In this document: piece after piece, positions 51,277 to 52,354 of the stretch
Layout of the letters: each line of letters opens with the position of its first letter
How positions within the stretch are numbered: position 1 is the stretch's first letter
Source: an uncultured Candidatus Saccharibacteria bacterium
Lineage (GTDB): Bacteria; Patescibacteriota; Minisyncoccia; Phycocordibacterales; UBA9973
NCBI GenBank assembly: GCA_964618925.1
Contig: CAZUCZ010000001.1
Location: 1,464 to 53,817 of the forward strand
Length of the DNA: 52,354 nt
Reading direction: 5' to 3'
Translations under genes and position numbers: made by a program
The notes under the pieces: generated by a model
Told to the model about the DNA's origin: nothing
What the model saw: the letters and a program-made list of their open reading frames with translations, nothing else
Databases searched by the model: none

Positions 51277-52353
51277 TTAGTGCACAGTCTCAAAAACAAT
51301 CTTGCGAGAAATAAGCATTGCAGTGAAGATCAAGATGCTTGCTGCTAAGAATGGATAATTAATAGCGAGAAGTGCAAGCGACCCTCCGGCGATAGGTCCG
51401 AGAATTTGTCCGATACTCATATATGATGCATTAATACCCATGATCTCCCCCTGGCGTTCTTTTCCAGTAAGACTGGACAATATGGTCTGTGTTAATGTCT
51501 GCACCGTCGAGTTTGCGAGTCCCATAATGATACTCGCAAATAGAAGACCATATATGGAATGTGTGAAGAATAGTAATACAAATGACACTGTAAGTGTAGA
51601 CAATGCAATAGTAAATGCCTGACGTGTTCCAAACTTTTTCGCGAGTTGTGATACGAAGAAAAGCTGACTGATAAGACCGATAACACCAAATAACACGAAG
51701 ATAAGTGAGACCGTGCGCTCAGTCAGATGAAGTATTTTCAGAGAAAATGGCTGGAATGCAAAGATATACATCCCAAAAGCAAATGCCCACAAGAAAGAAA
51801 TGATAAGCATGGATCCAGTGTTTGGATTAAATATCTCCGCGGCAAGCTTTTTGAAATCAAATAATTTGCGATGGCTCGTAACGCCCATATTATTGTTTGT
51901 CTCGTCGAGTAATGTGACTGCGAGAATAACCGCAATCAAAGAGATAACTCCCGCGATAATAAATGGCAGCTTAATAGAAATACCGACAGTAAGTGCAGAA
52001 ATAGCAGGACCAGCGATAAATCCAATACCAAAACATGCACCGATAATACCAAAGGCGCGCGCTCGGTCTTTACCGTCAACACTATCTGATATCACTGCTT
52101 GCGCCACAGGGATATTCCCGGCAGTCAGTCCATCGAGTCCTCGAGCGATGAATAAAAAAATTGCACTCGGCGCAAATGCCATGAGGAAAAATGATCCGGC
52201 AGTACCAAGGAGCGAGAGTATCAACAGTGGTCTCCTACCATACTTATCAGACAAAATCCCTATGATCGGTGTAGCAATAAACTGACATATAGAAAATATG
52301 TCAAATAAAATACCGTTCTGGAAATCAGTGAGACCATACTCTACGGAGTAAGG
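51277..52353 (-). CDS. MFS transporter, 5'-truncated by the window edge
   Basis: The frame stays open to the window end (PYSVEYGLTDFQNGILFDIFSICQFIATPIIGILSDKYGRRP...). GILSDKYGRRP is the MFS loop 2-3 motif. The track start at 52254 is an internal TTG. Confidence 0.85.
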   Translation of the reverse strand, partial: PYSVEYGLTDFQNGILFDIFSICQFIATPIIGILSDKYGRRPLLILSLLGTAGSFFLMAFAPSAIFLFIARGLDGLTAGNIPVAQAVISDSVDGKDRARAFGIIGACFGIGFIAGPAISALTVGISIKLPFIIAGVISLIAVILAVTLLDETNNNMGVTSHRKLFDFKKLAAEIFNPNTGSMLIISFLWAFAFGMYIFAFQPFSLKILHLTERTVSLIFVLFGVIGLISQLFFVSQLAKKFGTRQAFTIALSTLTVSFVLLFFTHSIYGLLFASIIMGLANSTVQTLTQTILSSLTGKERQGEIMGINASYMSIGQILGPIAGGSLALLAINYPFLAASILIFTAMLISRKIVFETVH

Positions 52354-52354
52354 A

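Overview
This is an AT-rich, gene-dense 52.4-kb bacterial window of almost entirely housekeeping genes on both strands. The gene content is typical of a small-genome Patescibacteria/CPR-like organism; that placement is inference from gene content, not a database hit.

Genes I recognise from the translations:
- Translation: valS, leuS, hisS, lepA, pth, def, fmt, hpf, tsaD, ychF.
- Replication and repair: dnaE, a family-4 UDG, a DinB-family protein.
- Envelope: murJ, an O-antigen-ligase/TPR protein, lepB, an FtsB-like protein, PrsW, a PG-binding protein.
- Carbon metabolism: a compact block of split transketolase, rpe-like, rpiB and gap, plus gdh and a pfkB kinase.
- An ECF sigma/anti-sigma pair followed by an FMN-binding protein, ApbE and an RnfD-like::FNR fusion.
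- Four tRNAs, none with an encoded CCA: Val-GAC, Phe-GAA, Arg-CCU, Gly-CCC.

I saw no rRNA, CRISPR array, transposase or phage genes.

Main observations:
1. LeuRS carries a roughly 140-aa Nudix-like domain grafted into its editing (CP1) region, and the Thr-rich editing motif is degenerate.
2. There is a family of GC-rich palindromic elements. One is a 102-bp copy with perfect 16-bp terminal inverted repeats inserted exactly in frame in tsaD. A related one sits in frame in def. Two intergenic relatives lie at about 14.4 kb and 34.5 kb.
3. A sigma-linked FMN-bind/ApbE/RnfD-FNR module looks like an extracytosolic flavinylated electron conduit.
4. A low-GC islet surrounds tRNA-Val.
5. One protein has a kinase-like C-lobe and an unrecognisable N-terminal part.
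6. tRNA-Phe has an A18/G55 double change.

All functional calls come from reading the translations by eye. No searches were run.
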